Source: Carcharhinus longimanus
Taxonomy: Eukaryota
Length of the DNA stretch: 64,000 bases
Direction of reading: 5' to 3'
NCBI GenBank assembly: GCA_030264375.1
Contig: JASCQW010000128.1
Coordinates: 18,529,404 to 18,593,403 of the forward strand
A program made the translations under genes and the position numbers. Shown in pieces: positions 39,941 to 51,999 of this stretch (position 1 is its first letter; each line of letters starts with the position of its first letter). The notes below the pieces were generated by a model that worked only from the letters and a program-made list of their open reading frames with translations, ran no database searches and was not told the origin of the DNA.

Positions 39941-42750
39941 CCTTATCAGACTGGGGGAAGCCTTCAGAACGATACACAACCTACCTGAAACTCTAAGTAC
40001 TGTCAGCACTGAGTGAACCTACTTGACACTGATTTTGGTCCGAAGCAGTGAGACTGAACACCTGATGGAATGAGATGGGAGGAGGCATGGGTCGTCCTCG
40101 CAGCCACAGCCCGCATGTCCGCAGGGAGGGGGGGAGGGTGCACATCTCAGCTTCTGTTTCCATGGTGCTTGAGCTCCAGCCGACCAAGTGTATAACAACA
40201 ATAACAAACCAACCCATTACTACGCGATGGGTCTGAGAGCATATGGATGGTATTATTGACTTGCAGATACATTTCTGTGGATTTAGATATTGAGTACTGT
40301 ATGAATCTAGTGGGCATCTATTTTCAGAAAATGGCCATTAAAACTGAATGCAGTACTGAGACAGGTTTTCAGTATGTACGCATTGCCGGAGGACTGCAAT
40401 TGATGCAACCCAACAGATCTCTATATCGGGCCCAGGTTTGTTTGCGTTCTAGCTGTGTTCTAATTTTTTTTCCCGGTCAGAGCAAGATTCAGAGCAGCTG
40501 TGCCGTAATGAAACTGTACTGAACTTGGTATTGTTTATCGTACAAATTCTCGTGTTTCGAGATGGCCTTACATCACTGAGTGGTGGAGAAATCTGTGTTC
40601 ATGTCTTAAAAAAAAACACGTGCACGCACGCCCGCACTCTCACATTTGCAGTTTGAATAGCGGCCACAATGACTGCTCTTGATTCTTCCCCTTGGTTTAT
40701 TTTTAAATTATGCAGTCTAGGGTATATCAGTAGATCAATGTTTGGGAGCTTTTGCTGTTTTGTCAGAAAGCAGGATCCATGTGGCAGTCCTAGTGGCCTT
40801 CATTGAATTAAACAATGTGATCAGACCAGAGGGGGTTAAAATGAGGGAATGCCAATGAAACACAGCCTGTTCTGTTCACTTTTACAATTTTCTATTCTAT
40901 ATCAGTTGCTTTTGGAATTATGATTTGTAAGTAATTGAATATTCTGTGCAGTTTTGTTAAGCAAGACAATGTTTGGGAGCAGTTCATGCTGGATAGTTTT
41001 TCAGTTAGCTGATGCTGCTCATTTCAGAATGCCACATAATCTCAGTTGAAGACACAAATTAGTAAATGATTTGAGGTTTTACAAAAAAAATCATAAAACA
41101 AGAGCAGAGTTAGAATTAACTGTTCAGTATGATCAAGCTTCCTGGATGCCACCTTAGTTCTTCGTGAGCAATCCTCAAATCTGGCCTGTTAATATATCTT
41201 TATAGTGTTGTCATCTTTATTGTACCAAACATCCGAATATCCTGTTGATTTAAAAACATGAGGCTTATCCCTCACTGAGATGCTTTATTCACTGCCTACA
41301 TGAGTTGATGCTGCCTTCCCCTACTCTGAGCAAGAAAGCTGCTTGTAATTATCACAGTTATTTTAGAGCTACAGTCTTCATAAAACATCACACCTGGACA
41401 ATTGACCAGTCACTCAAATTTTCAGGAGATGCATAGCATCCATATTGTCGTAACTGTAGCTCAGCGCGTTGTAATGCGGTTCTCTATAGTTAGCCATTGA
41501 GAAATTGCAGTGTAGAGAAGTGCAAGACTCTGTGGAACTCAAATTCCAATTTCTCGCTGTTCTATCCAGTCACGTTAGACAAGGGAACTATTTTTAAGAA
41601 TAAATAGTTGTAAGTCCACTGGGAACTTGACAGTTAACTGTAATTTCTGTCCAGTTTTTTATATGTAGTTATGCTCATCTTTTTTAAGATTAGCATATTG
41701 GATTTTGAAATTTTTGCACTGATTTAATTTGGTTCTTGCGTACATTTACCAACTTTGTTAAACCCACTGTCCCTGTTGAAATATTGAATTTTCTGCTTCA
41801 TCTATTGCATTTTATTTTAATATTCCTGAATCTGAACAATGGTCATGGGGTGTTCCAGGTTATTTTTGCACAAATCGTTGGTATTTTATTTTTAAAATCC
41901 AATATACTTAAACTGAATTTAGCTTGGAATGCACAGCACAATCATGTTTCCAGTTTGATCCCTTAGGTACTTGTGTTCATGCAGCCTTTGTTTCACCTTT
42001 TATGGTGTTGTAGAAAATTTTAAATGATATGGAAATTAGGCCATCTCCAAGATCTTTTGAAGGTTATTCCCAGATCAGAGATATGGCAGATGCTATTTGG
42101 ATCTCCAATGCCTGACCTGCAAACTTATGTACCGGATAATTGGATATTCCCAAATTGAGCTGCATTCGGACTATAGAAATATTTTTAAATTATCCCATTT
42201 TAATGTCGCACTCCTTGCCCCACCAGTGATGTCATTGGTGTAGTTGGGCATTGTCTCGGTCTTTTGTGCCGTGAGAAAAGATTTCACAGTACTTTGCATT
42301 GCTCTGGATTGAAGCTTTGAATAGCAGTGGACAGAAAAAGCCTTTGAAAACTGTGTTTCATTTGTGTTCCTTCTTCTGGAATGGGCCTTCTACTAAGTAT
42401 TGGGTTTTCTTGTAACTGCAGTGAAGTGTAGAACTTGTGCTGTTTACATGTAGGTGAATGCGGTGTAAGTACCATGTGGGCATTTCATATGCCATCCCCT
42501 GTGTATAGTGCAGTGTGGCAGAAACTTAAGTATTTGGGTATGGCATGTGGAATGTCCACACGGCAGTGTAAGCTACATTTTGAGAATCGTTTTCTCTGTG
42601 CATTTAAGGTCAAGTGACAAGATCCCCACTATTGTGGTAAGATATGTTCCCTACATACATTCCCATCTGTACTTTTTAAATGTTACTGTGAAGTTGTACA
42701 ATCAATGATTTATACAACAAAGATTAATAAAGGTTACAGATTTCATGCAT
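39941..42750 (+). other. USP22: Probable USP22 3' UTR (~2.8 kb)
   Basis: Follows the stop; no recognisable repeats, unlike the flanking introns; AATAAA at 41599-41604 and 42726-42731. The 3' end is inferred. Confidence 0.65.
42726..42731 (+). terminator. Candidate distal polyadenylation signal of USP22
   Basis: AATAAA preceded by U-rich sequence with TGTA motifs (ctgtactttt, ttgtacaat). Confidence 0.55.
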
Positions 42751-44724
42751 TCATTGCCTGAAATGATGATGTAATAGCTAATGACTGTCACCAGATTTAT
42801 TAGACCTAAAAGCAAAGACAGGATTACAATGTTCATCATCATTCTGATAATCCTGCTATTACTAAAAGACAGCTGCTAACCATTAGCTACAACATCATCC
42901 ATTTTGGTAGTAAAGTTAGAGAACCTCCAAGGGTAGCATTGCCAGTGATCTTTCCAAAAAGGAGCGTTCCTATTCATTAGTCTTCTGTCCTGCAATTATG
43001 CAAAAATTTCGAGCATGTCACTTGGCCTTCAGAATGTCTGTCAGTCCTGCACTGACTGGCTTTTGCTCAACTTCAACTGATGCGTAGTTCACCGTAGCAG
43101 AATGGATTTAATAACAAGAGGAAAGTGAAAACATCCAACTGTAATATGGACTGCTTTCACACACCTTGCCCTCGAGAGGCTTACAAAACAAAAACAAGCC
43201 TCAGTTTATAGGAGATATGCTCTGTTCATGAGCTTGGATAATCACAGTGCATTTTGGGAGTTGTTGTCCTTTTTTATTTGTGGGTCTTAGTGTTTGGTAT
43301 ACAAAAGCTGCTTAAATGAAACTACATTTCCCGGATTGCCAGGTGGTTCAAGCGTATCCCATGTTAAGGGTCATTTGTCGATGCACTGTCCTCAATATGA
43401 ATTGTAAGGACTCCCATTACTATCCTCCGGACAGGGTAATGTATATTTGAATTCAGCCCCCACTGTGTTATTCTAGTTCTCCATTTGTGGTATTGCCTGC
43501 AGTACCAATTTCATTTGTAATCTCATTTGATTTTTTTTCATGTTCTGGAAAAGCAAAATGTCAAAATAAATCATTTGACTATGGGAGACCTCCTAATGTT
43601 GTCTTCATATTATGGAGACTGTTAGTTCTTGTATTGCATCACATTAGATTTCCCTGTGCTGAATTTACATATTGTCCTGAAAAGATTACTGAAACTTAAT
43701 TTCTCCACTTGGTGGCTCCATGTGAAATACTGAGAAAACTGATCTAATCGTCCCTTAATTGTGGTTGCACTCAAAATCCTGGCAAACATTCTGCAATATT
43801 CACAGTCTCACATCATGCCTATATTTACGAGTATTACCTTTATCCCTATATGTTCTGTATTGCACTTTTATTTCCATCTGCATGAGTAGCTCTGGATTTA
43901 TGCTGTGCATCTTTTTAATTTTTAATATTCCATTGATCTTTAGATTTTTGCACCTCAGTTTCCTTTGGGAATATATCTAAATCAGCATTCTAAATCATCC
44001 ACGTGCGCCCAAAATAACGGGAAACTTTCAGTCTTTGCCCATTTTTATTTCAAATTTATTAATAGAAAAATGGCCATTGTTCTCTCCCCTTCTCCCCCCG
44101 TAACTTCCACCCTGGACTCAGCTTTAAAATTCCTGGTCATTCTGTCTCCCTATTCCCATTTGCAGCATTTGTGGTAATTTTCATAGGTACTTCAAAACAC
44201 CCATTAAAAGTCTGAACTTGCACCCATATTTTACTTTAGAAACTAATATCGTTAAAATCAGTCCTATTCAGTGATTAAAAACACAGGAAGTACACTTCAC
44301 ACTTTTCCAAGTTTTCACTAGTTTCACTATTATTGACACTGAAGTTTCCCACAACCAGGGTAAGACTAACTGACTTAAAAACCTTCTGGTTTGTCTGTTT
44401 CCTATTTCTCATTGGAGGTACAGAACCTCCCATTCCCCACTTCCCTTGTCCTTTACTATTTCCATTATCAATTGAGTTAGATTGGCAGTAAAGCCCTGAA
44501 CTTTAATCTTCAAAGTGAGATGTTTTATTTGCTTTTATCAAAATCTGAAGGTGCAATATTTATCTAATCGGCATAGTAATGCACTTGGGTTACTCCATGG
44601 GAGTAGCATGACTAGATCTGCTTATTATATGTAGGAAGTCATGGGGTACATTATAACGGAGTTCCATTTTCTTTTCAACTCTTGAAGTTGCAAGGTCTTT
44701 GCTGAGAAGCTATTTCAAAAAGGT

Positions 44725-45095
44725 TTTTAATTTTATTTGTGGCCATCACTGGCTAGACCAGCATTTATTGTTTACTTCCAATTGCCCTTGAGCCACTTTC
44801 TTGCACCATTGCAATTTGTGTTGTAGGTCTACCCACTGTGCTATTGGGAAGGGAATTCAGGATTTTGACCCAGTGACAGTGAGGAAATGGCAGTATAGAT
44901 CCAAGTGTGGCTTGGAGGGGAACTTGCAAATGTTCCCATGCATCTGCTGCTCTTGTTCTTCAAGGTAGTAGAGGTTGTGGGTTTTGAAGGTGCTGTCATT
45001 GCTGCAGTGCATCTTGTAGATGGTACACACTCTACCACAGGTGGCCACTGTACACCTATGGTGTGGGGAGTGAATATTTAAAGTTGCAGATGGAG
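44725..45095 (-). mobile_element. 3' end of the second LINE family, downstream of the TACI stop
   Basis: ctggctagaccagcatttattg..aattgcccttgag..gggaagggaattcaggattttgacccagtgacagtgagg. Confidence 0.8.
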
Positions 45096-45619
45096 TTATT
45101 TGGAATTATTTGCAGCTATTTTTAACAAATTTATGGCATGAGTGGCAGGCTATTCAACCAAATGGGGCAGTACATTTTCTATACGTCACTAGATGGTAAT
45201 TAGGAGTAGGACCTTCGCTGATGTCTTCATTACTGTGTTTGTTCAGTTGGCACAAAGATATGATGGCACCTGCAGATCGGTGAACAACCTAGGGATTTTC
45301 CTGCTTGTGTTGGGCAAACTATCATTCTGAGACTCCTCAACTTTTTCTGAAGGCTTTGCAATGGAAACACTTGTGGTGGTATGTGACTACCCATCTTGTT
45401 TCTCTATAGGAGTTTGTGAAGATGATTACTTGGACTCCCCTGCCCCTAATCCTCAAGACAGCTACAACAGCCATATTTTATAAATATGAGACATTGGAAG
45501 GGAGACCTAAATCCTGTGCTTTAACATTAGGATGGAATTTTGTATACCAGTTTTACACTAAGCACTTGGAGATCCAGTCAACTTTCAACAGAGTTGAAGT
45601 GACTTCAGCTCAAAAGTCT

Positions 45620-45930
45620 TCAATACTTCAAGTGCTGCTTCTCTTGGAAGTTCTCAGTTTCTTTTATGCTGGGTTGTGAGGGAGAACAGATGATCTGAAA
45701 TGGCTTCTCTTTGTAAATTACGGCAGAAGGAAGAGCTCTTGTGCTGGCTGCAGGTGGTATTTGAATGCACTGATGAGGTGTTACTGTATTTGATAACACC
45801 TTCCGTTCTTTATCGGGGATCCTCTGATCTGAGAAGCAATAGCTACAAGTTTCAGATGGCTCAGATGATGGATCAGAGGATATACTTTGATTCTGATCAT
45901 CTCCTTCAATACTCAGTTGCAGCAGTCCAT
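45620..45930 (-). CDS. TNFRSF13B: TNFRSF13B (TACI) last coding exon, cytoplasmic tail
   Basis: ctttttcctaacag|AT GGA CTG ... TAT TGA; (D)GLLQLSIEGDDQNQSISSDPSSEPSETCSYCFSDQRIPDKERKVLSNTVTPHQCIQIPPAASTRALPSAVIYKEKPFQIICSPSQPSIKETENFQEKQHLKY*; EPSETCSYCF matches human EPVETCSFCF, IICSPSQ matches IVCVPAQ. Confidence 0.92.
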
Positions 45931-47019
45931 CTGTTAGGAAAAAGACACTATTATTGCAAAAATAGCATGCAACATCTGCACGATTGTCTCGTGGATTTAC
46001 CGGGTGGCAGGAAGGTCATTTCACGCTTTCCGTTTACATCTGGGTTATAGCACTTGTTAAGTATTAACAGATTAAAGTTATTAGGTTTGACATCCAAAGG
46101 TTCTAATTCATTATAACTGCCTGTCATTTGATGATTTCTCCAAATCACACCTACTTTCTTTTTCCACCCCAGAGATTTTGCTGACTTTAAATTCCCACTC
46201 AAGCTTTTAACTATGTTGGTTGCAATCATCCTTTAAACTGCTGCTCTCAAACCTTGAGCACTGAGTGTTGACATCCCTATCTCTTTCACTCCTGACTACA
46301 AGTGATAAGCTAGCTGTACTTTGCTTGATTTTACAACAACTAGCCTGGTTGAATTGAACTATCCAACCCAACAATTGAGTTTACCCAATGGAGTCTAATT
46401 TTGTAGTGAATCTTTTGCAACCTGCACTTGGAGCTGTGGTTGGACACCTGGTCAGGTGAGGCTCCTGCTTGACTGGTGGATTTGGGCAATGGGATGCTGT
46501 TGCCCTGTCATAACAATTTGCCTCATTTGCTCCCTTGCCTCGTTCCTCCTTATCTGACATGGTCTTTAGAAGTTGATACCATAACACATTAAAAATATGG
46601 CAGTTTTAACGTAACTAATCAAATTATTATTATCTAGTAATCACCCATTTGCTCCAACCCTACTTTCCTCCATTCTCAGATGATCTTCCAATTTGACCTT
46701 AACATATCTAGCCTTCATCGGAATTAGTGCAAAGATCCTATCCAGTCTCTTCAAATGAGCACTCCTCTCCATTCTTGTATTCAGGCATGCACCTTACCAA
46801 GACGTGCCCAGTTAAATGTACTGCATATCAGCAAAACACAAACATTCTTGCTTTTTTCCCCTACTGTTGTTCTAACTTTTGAACCTTTGCTTTGCTACTG
46901 GTCATTAAAGTGTTTTGTTTTAACAAATAAGATGTGATCTTTTAACAGATGCCAGGGCCTTGCATGTAAATAACATTTTAAATAAAGTAATTCTTAAGAT
47001 GTGGTCATCACTAGCGCTT

Positions 47020-47950
47020 ATTCCTCAGCTCCATGCTGCTCTGATTTGGCAATGGTGTGCCACATCTTGAACCACTGCAGCCCATAAAGTGAAGATGGTC
47101 CCACAAGGCTTTTGAAGATTCCAGGATTTCACCTAACATTGGCGCAATTGTGTCCAAATTTACTAGGTGTGTTAACTGGAAGGAAACTTGGGTGACTGTT
47201 ACCATGAGCCTGCTGACCTTGTGTCTGAGGCGCTGGTGGTCATGGATTTGGAGGTTGGTGTTGAAGACATGTCAGTGGTGGAGTAAGCAGATGTTTAAGA
47301 TGACGGTGACAAGTGGATTAAATTTTGGCCAGAATTATGTTGCAGTTCTTGATATTCCAGGTGCACCCATCCAGACAACTGAAGAATGTTCCATCATCAT
47401 CTTTGCTTGTGCCTTTTAGGTGATGGAGAACTTTTAGAAATCCAGGAGGTGGTCTTTCATGGAATGTGGGCATTGCTGGCAAGGGCTGTATTTGTTGCCT
47501 ATCCTCAATTACTTTTGAACTGAGTGGCTTACTAGGCCATTTTCAGAGGACCGTCAAGAGTTGACCATATTGCTGTGGGTCAGGAGTCATTTCACCATCT
47601 AAGATGGCAAATTCCCTTCCCTAAAGGGCATTAGTGAACCAGACGGGTTTTTACAACTATTACAGGGACCAGCTTTCAATTCAAAATTTTATTAATTGAA
47701 TATAAATTCCATTAGCTGCCATGGTGAGATTTGAATCTGTTTCCTTTGGATTACTAGTCCAGTGTCAGTGCCATTGTCTTCCCCCAGTGCTGTAGAGTAA
47801 TACCTCTATGCTCTACTAGCAATTACGTGGCTGTTTCAATTGCGTTTGTGCATGCTAATGATGGATGATTTGGCTGATAATGCCACTGAATGTTGAGATA
47901 TGTTTAGACTCTCTTGCAGGAGATCATCATCGTCTGGCACTCGTGTAAAT
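47020..47950 (-). mobile_element. Second LINE family fragment with a nested SINE
   Basis: cttgaaccactgcagccc, gattccaggatttcacc, ctctcttgcaggagatcatcatcgtctggcac. Confidence 0.55.
47455..47785 (-). mobile_element. tRNA-derived SINE sharing its 3' tail with the second LINE family
   Basis: Minus strand cactggactagtaatcca..agattcaaatctcaccatggcagc head; aaatggcctagtaagccactcagttc body; ccagcaatgcccacattcc tail. Confidence 0.75.
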
Positions 47951-47989
47951 GTTATTTGCGACATCATGTACTTGGATCCAAGGATGAGA

Positions 47990-48815
47990 ATTTGAGACAT
48001 CAATGGGATGCAGAGTTGGGCCGAAAAGTGGCAGATGGAGTTTAACTCGAAGTGCGAGGTTATTCATTTTGGCAGGACAAACTTGATTACAGGGTCAACG
48101 GCAGGGTTCTGAGGAATGTAAAGGAACAGAGAGATCTTGGGGTTCATATCCACAGATCTCTGAAGGTTGTCACTCGAGTGGTAGAGCCGTGAAGAAGGCT
48201 TATAGTGTGTTAGCATTTATTAGCAGGGGGTTTGAGTTTAAGAGCTGTGGGGTTATGCTGCAACTATACCGGATGTTGGTGAGACCTTATTTGGAATATT
48301 GTGTGCAGTTCTGGTCATCTCACTATAAGAAGGATGTGGAAGCATTGGAGAGAGTGCAGAGGAGATTTACCAGGATGCTGCCTGGTTTGGAGGGTAGGTC
48401 TTATGAGGAAAGGTTGAGGGAGCTGGGGCTTTTCTCTTTGGAGCGGAGGAGAATGAGACTTGTCTTCATGAAGGTTTATAAGATGATGAGAGGGATTGAT
48501 AGAGTGGGCGTGCAGAGACTATTTCCTCAGCTTGATCTATCTACTAGGGGGCATAACAATAAGGTTCATGGTGGGAGATATAGGAGGAATGTCCGAGGTA
48601 GAGTCTTCACAGAGAGGGTGGTTGGGGTGTGGAATAGACTGCCTGCTGTCATGGTGGAGTCAGACACTTCAGGAACTTTCAAGCGGTTATTGGATACGCA
48701 CATGGAGCACTCCAGAATTATAGGGAGGGGATAGCTTGATCTTGGGATTGGACACAGTTCAGCACAACATTGAGAGCCGAAGGGCCTGCACTGTGCTGTA
48801 ATGTTCTATGTTCTA
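47990..48815 (+). mobile_element. 5'-truncated CR1 LINE, relatively young
   Basis: ORF 48189..48734 LYRMLVRPYLEYCVQFWS..LERVQRRFTRMLPGL; tail agggcctgcactgtgctgtaatgttctatgttct. Confidence 0.93.
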
Positions 48816-49399
48816 TATCAAAAATTGGAGCTGCACGAGGGACCAGAATTGGAAGAACTTAGAGGTCTCGATCGCTTGAAGCAGTTACAATGGTTGGGAT
48901 AGATGCAACCACAGAGAGATTTGTAAACCAGGATGAAAGTTCACAAATGTTATATTACACAAGCTTTCCCAAGAAATGTGGTCTCCTAACCACTATCATG
49001 ATTTCTGCATTGAGACAAACTAACCTCATGAGGTTCATGGGGGTCACAGGCAGCAGTTGACAAGAAGATTTTTGGCAATTGGCCAGATGGGCAGAAATGA
49101 AAAAATGGACCTCTTGAACTGGCATAGGCAACTATCAGATTTCAAAACTTGTTGAACTATTTCAGGCACTGTGACTAACACTGAGGGATCTTTCACAGGA
49201 TGGTTTGTGTTTATACCACATGTGAGAACATTAATCATAGAATAAATGGACTGCACAGTGGGAAAGAGAAACAACATAAGCCACTACAATCCATACTCAA
49301 CATCTCTTCTGCTTAAGCCATTTGGTCAAACCTGCATTCAACTATCTTTATAAAGCAAGTGGTTTAGATTGCATTTTAGATCAAAGGTGATCTTGATGA

Positions 49400-49740
49400 T
49401 ATAAGATACTGAGGGGACAAAGTAGGCCAGTGACAATGACTATGTTTCCACTTGTCGGGCAACGAGAGCCAGGGCAAAAATCTTGAGAATAACAGGTTTC
49501 CCTTTTAAGATGGAGATGAACATGGGTGTCATCTTTCCCAGCGAGCACTGGAGGTTGGGTCATTGAATACACGCAAGGCAGAGAGAGACAGATTTTTGAT
49601 AAACAAGGGAGTCAAGGGTTGTGGGGGAGGTCGACAGGAAGTGGAGTTGAGGCCACCATTCGATGAGCCATGATCTGATTGAATGGCTGAGATGGCTCAA
49701 AGGGACTGAATGGTGTATTCTTACTCCTAAGTCACATGTT
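49400..49740 (+). mobile_element. CR1 LINE 3' fragment
   Basis: tataagatactgagggg..ttttgataaacaagggagtcaaggg..gccatgatctgattgaatggc..ttcttactcctaag. Confidence 0.75.
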
Positions 49741-50014
49741 TCAAGTGCAATGCACCAGATATCTTGCTGTTGAGCCCCATCAAAAGCAATACATGTACTG
49801 AGTTCCACATACACTTTTAAAATATGATTGTTGATCCCCTGTCACATTGAACATGAAGATTAAAGAGGGAGTCATTGGTTGAAACAGAGTTGGAGGGTGA
49901 GAGATAAATGTACACAATACTGCTCAAATTTAATTCAGGCCATACTTTAAAGATCATATATTTTGTCTTTATTTTAATGCAAAACTCATGTCTGATACTG
50001 CTATCTACTGAAAA

Positions 50015-50415
50015 AAAGTAGAACTAGAATGCGGGGTAGACTATTTGCCATTGTTCTCACTTCTGATCTTCGTCCTCAACTCCACCTTACTTCCGAATCT
50101 CCATATCACTTAATTCCCTTCGAGTCCAAAGTTCTACAGATCTGAGTCTTGAATACACTCAATCGTGCACCAACCATAGACCCCCTGGATGAAGCATTTC
50201 CAAAGATTCACTATCCCCTGAGAGAAAATATTTTTCCTCATCTCAACCTTCACTCTCCAACCTCTTACCGGAAATGGTTGTCTCTTTTCCTCAATTTTGC
50301 AGCCAGGTGAAACAACCTCTTACGCACCATTCCTTTCAGTCCTGCTAAGAATTTCATGTATTTCAATAAGATGACCTCTCACTTTTTTCTGAACTCCAGG
50401 CCCATTCTGCTCCAT
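50015..50415 (-). mobile_element. CR1 LINE 3' fragment
   Basis: tagaactagaatgcggggtagactattt..ttccaaagattcactatcccctgagagaaaatatttttcctcatctc..tttcaataagatgacctctc. Confidence 0.7.
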
Positions 50416-50416
50416 G

Positions 50417-50820
50417 TCGACAGACTGGAGGGACTGATTGTGGACAAGTCCCCAGGACCGGATGGAATGCATCCAAGGGTTCTGAAGGAAATGNNNNNNN
50501 NNNNNNNNNNNNNNNNNNNNNNNNNNNNNNNNNNNNNNNNNNNNNNNNNNNNNNNNNNNNNNNNNNNNNNNNNNNNNNNNNNNNNNNNNNNNNATAGTAG
50601 GGATGTCTGAGGTAGGTTCTTTACTCAGAGTGGTTGGGGTGTGGAATGCACTACCTGCTGTGATTAGTGGAGTTGGACACTTTAGGAACTTTCAAGCGGT
50701 TATTGGATAGGCATGTGGAGCACACCAGAATGATAAGGAATGGGATAGCTTGGTCTTGGGTTCGGAAGTAGCTCGGCACAACATCGAGGGCTGAAGAGGT
50801 TGCACTGTTCTATGTTCTAA
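50417..50820 (+). mobile_element. CR1 LINE spanning a gap
   Basis: VDKSPGPDGMHPRVLKEM before the gap; 3' UTR and ctgttctatgttct tail after it. Confidence 0.88.
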
Positions 50821-51245
50821 TTTTAAAATCAAGATTTTGTTGACTGGGAGCCAGTGTAGGTGAACATGGGTGATGAGTGCATGGGACTTTGTTTAAAGGA
50901 GAGAACATAGGAGGTCAGCTAGGAGTGCATAGCATCATCAAGATTAAAGATGTGAATAATAAATACATGAATGAGGATTTCAAGAGGAGATGAGCTAGTA
51001 CGAGGTGGAGTCAGTCAATGTTATACAAAAAATGGACAGTCTTAATGATGGTCTGAATATGTGGTTTGAAGCTCATCTCTAGTTTAAATGTGACCCCAAC
51101 GTTGTGAACAATCTTACTCGACCTCAGATGATTGCCCGGGATAAGGATACAGTCAGTAGTTTGGGAAGGCAATTTATAATGGTAATGAAAAACATTGGCT
51201 TTGTTCTTAATGTTTAATTGGAGGAAATTAGTGCTCATCAGAAAA
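50821..51245 (-). mobile_element. L2 LINE RT C-terminal fragment
   Basis: ORF 51011..51376 NFLQLNIKNKA..VHNVGVTFKLEMSFKPHIQTIIKTVHF is typical of L2. Confidence 0.8.
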
Positions 51246-51416
51246 GCCTGCAGACGAGGAGAGCTGGTCTGAAGGAGTTGAGAATGGAGCAATAAGAGTC
51301 TGGAGGGAAACGTGATCATCAGAACAAAGGTTTGGTTGGTAGGGGGGAGGAGGGTACAAACGCAAATTGAAATCACAGGGAAGGTGCTGATTGGCTGAGA
51401 TTTTTTAAAGTAAAGA

Positions 51417-51999
51417 GTGGCATACTGGTTAGCATTGCTGCCTCTCAGTACGAGAGACCTGGGTTCAATTCCACTTTGGGTGACTGTGGAGTTTGCATGT
51501 TATCTGTGTCTGTGTGGGTTTTCTGTGTTCCGGTTTAAATTTTGTTTGTTAGTGTTACAAGTAGGCTTGCACAGCAGTGAAGTTACTGTGGAAAAACCCA
51601 TAGTTGCCATGCTCCAGCGCCTGTTCAAGTACAGTGAGGGAGAATTCAGAATGGCCAAATCCATCTAACCAGCACACCTTTCGGACGGTCTGAAGAAACC
51701 CACGCAGACGTGGAGAAAGTGTAAAGACTCCATAGTGACCCAAGCGAGATTTGAAACCTGGGTCCCCAGCGCTATGAAGCTAACCACTGTGCTACCATGC
51801 TGTCCAATATCATATTGTCTGTTTCCTCCCACGCTCATTATATGTGGGTTAGGTCGATTGGTCATGCTAAATTGACCCCTATTGACAGGGGGATCAGCAG
51901 AGTAAAGATGTGGGGTTACAAGGATAGGGCTTGGGTGGGATTGTTGGTGCAGACTTGATGGGTTGAATGGTCTCCTGCACTGTAGGGATTCTATGATTC
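51417..51999 (+). mobile_element. HE1 V-SINE (+) split by an oppositely oriented V-SINE (51535-51805, -)
   Basis: Head 51417-51534 ends ..gttccggttt and resumes gtttcctcccac at ~51820 through gggattctatgattct; the insert carries the alternative tail. Confidence 0.85.

Noticed and set aside
48189-48734. 181-aa ORF as a host gene
   Set aside because: It is the C-terminus of CR1 ORF2, followed by a CR1 3' tail.
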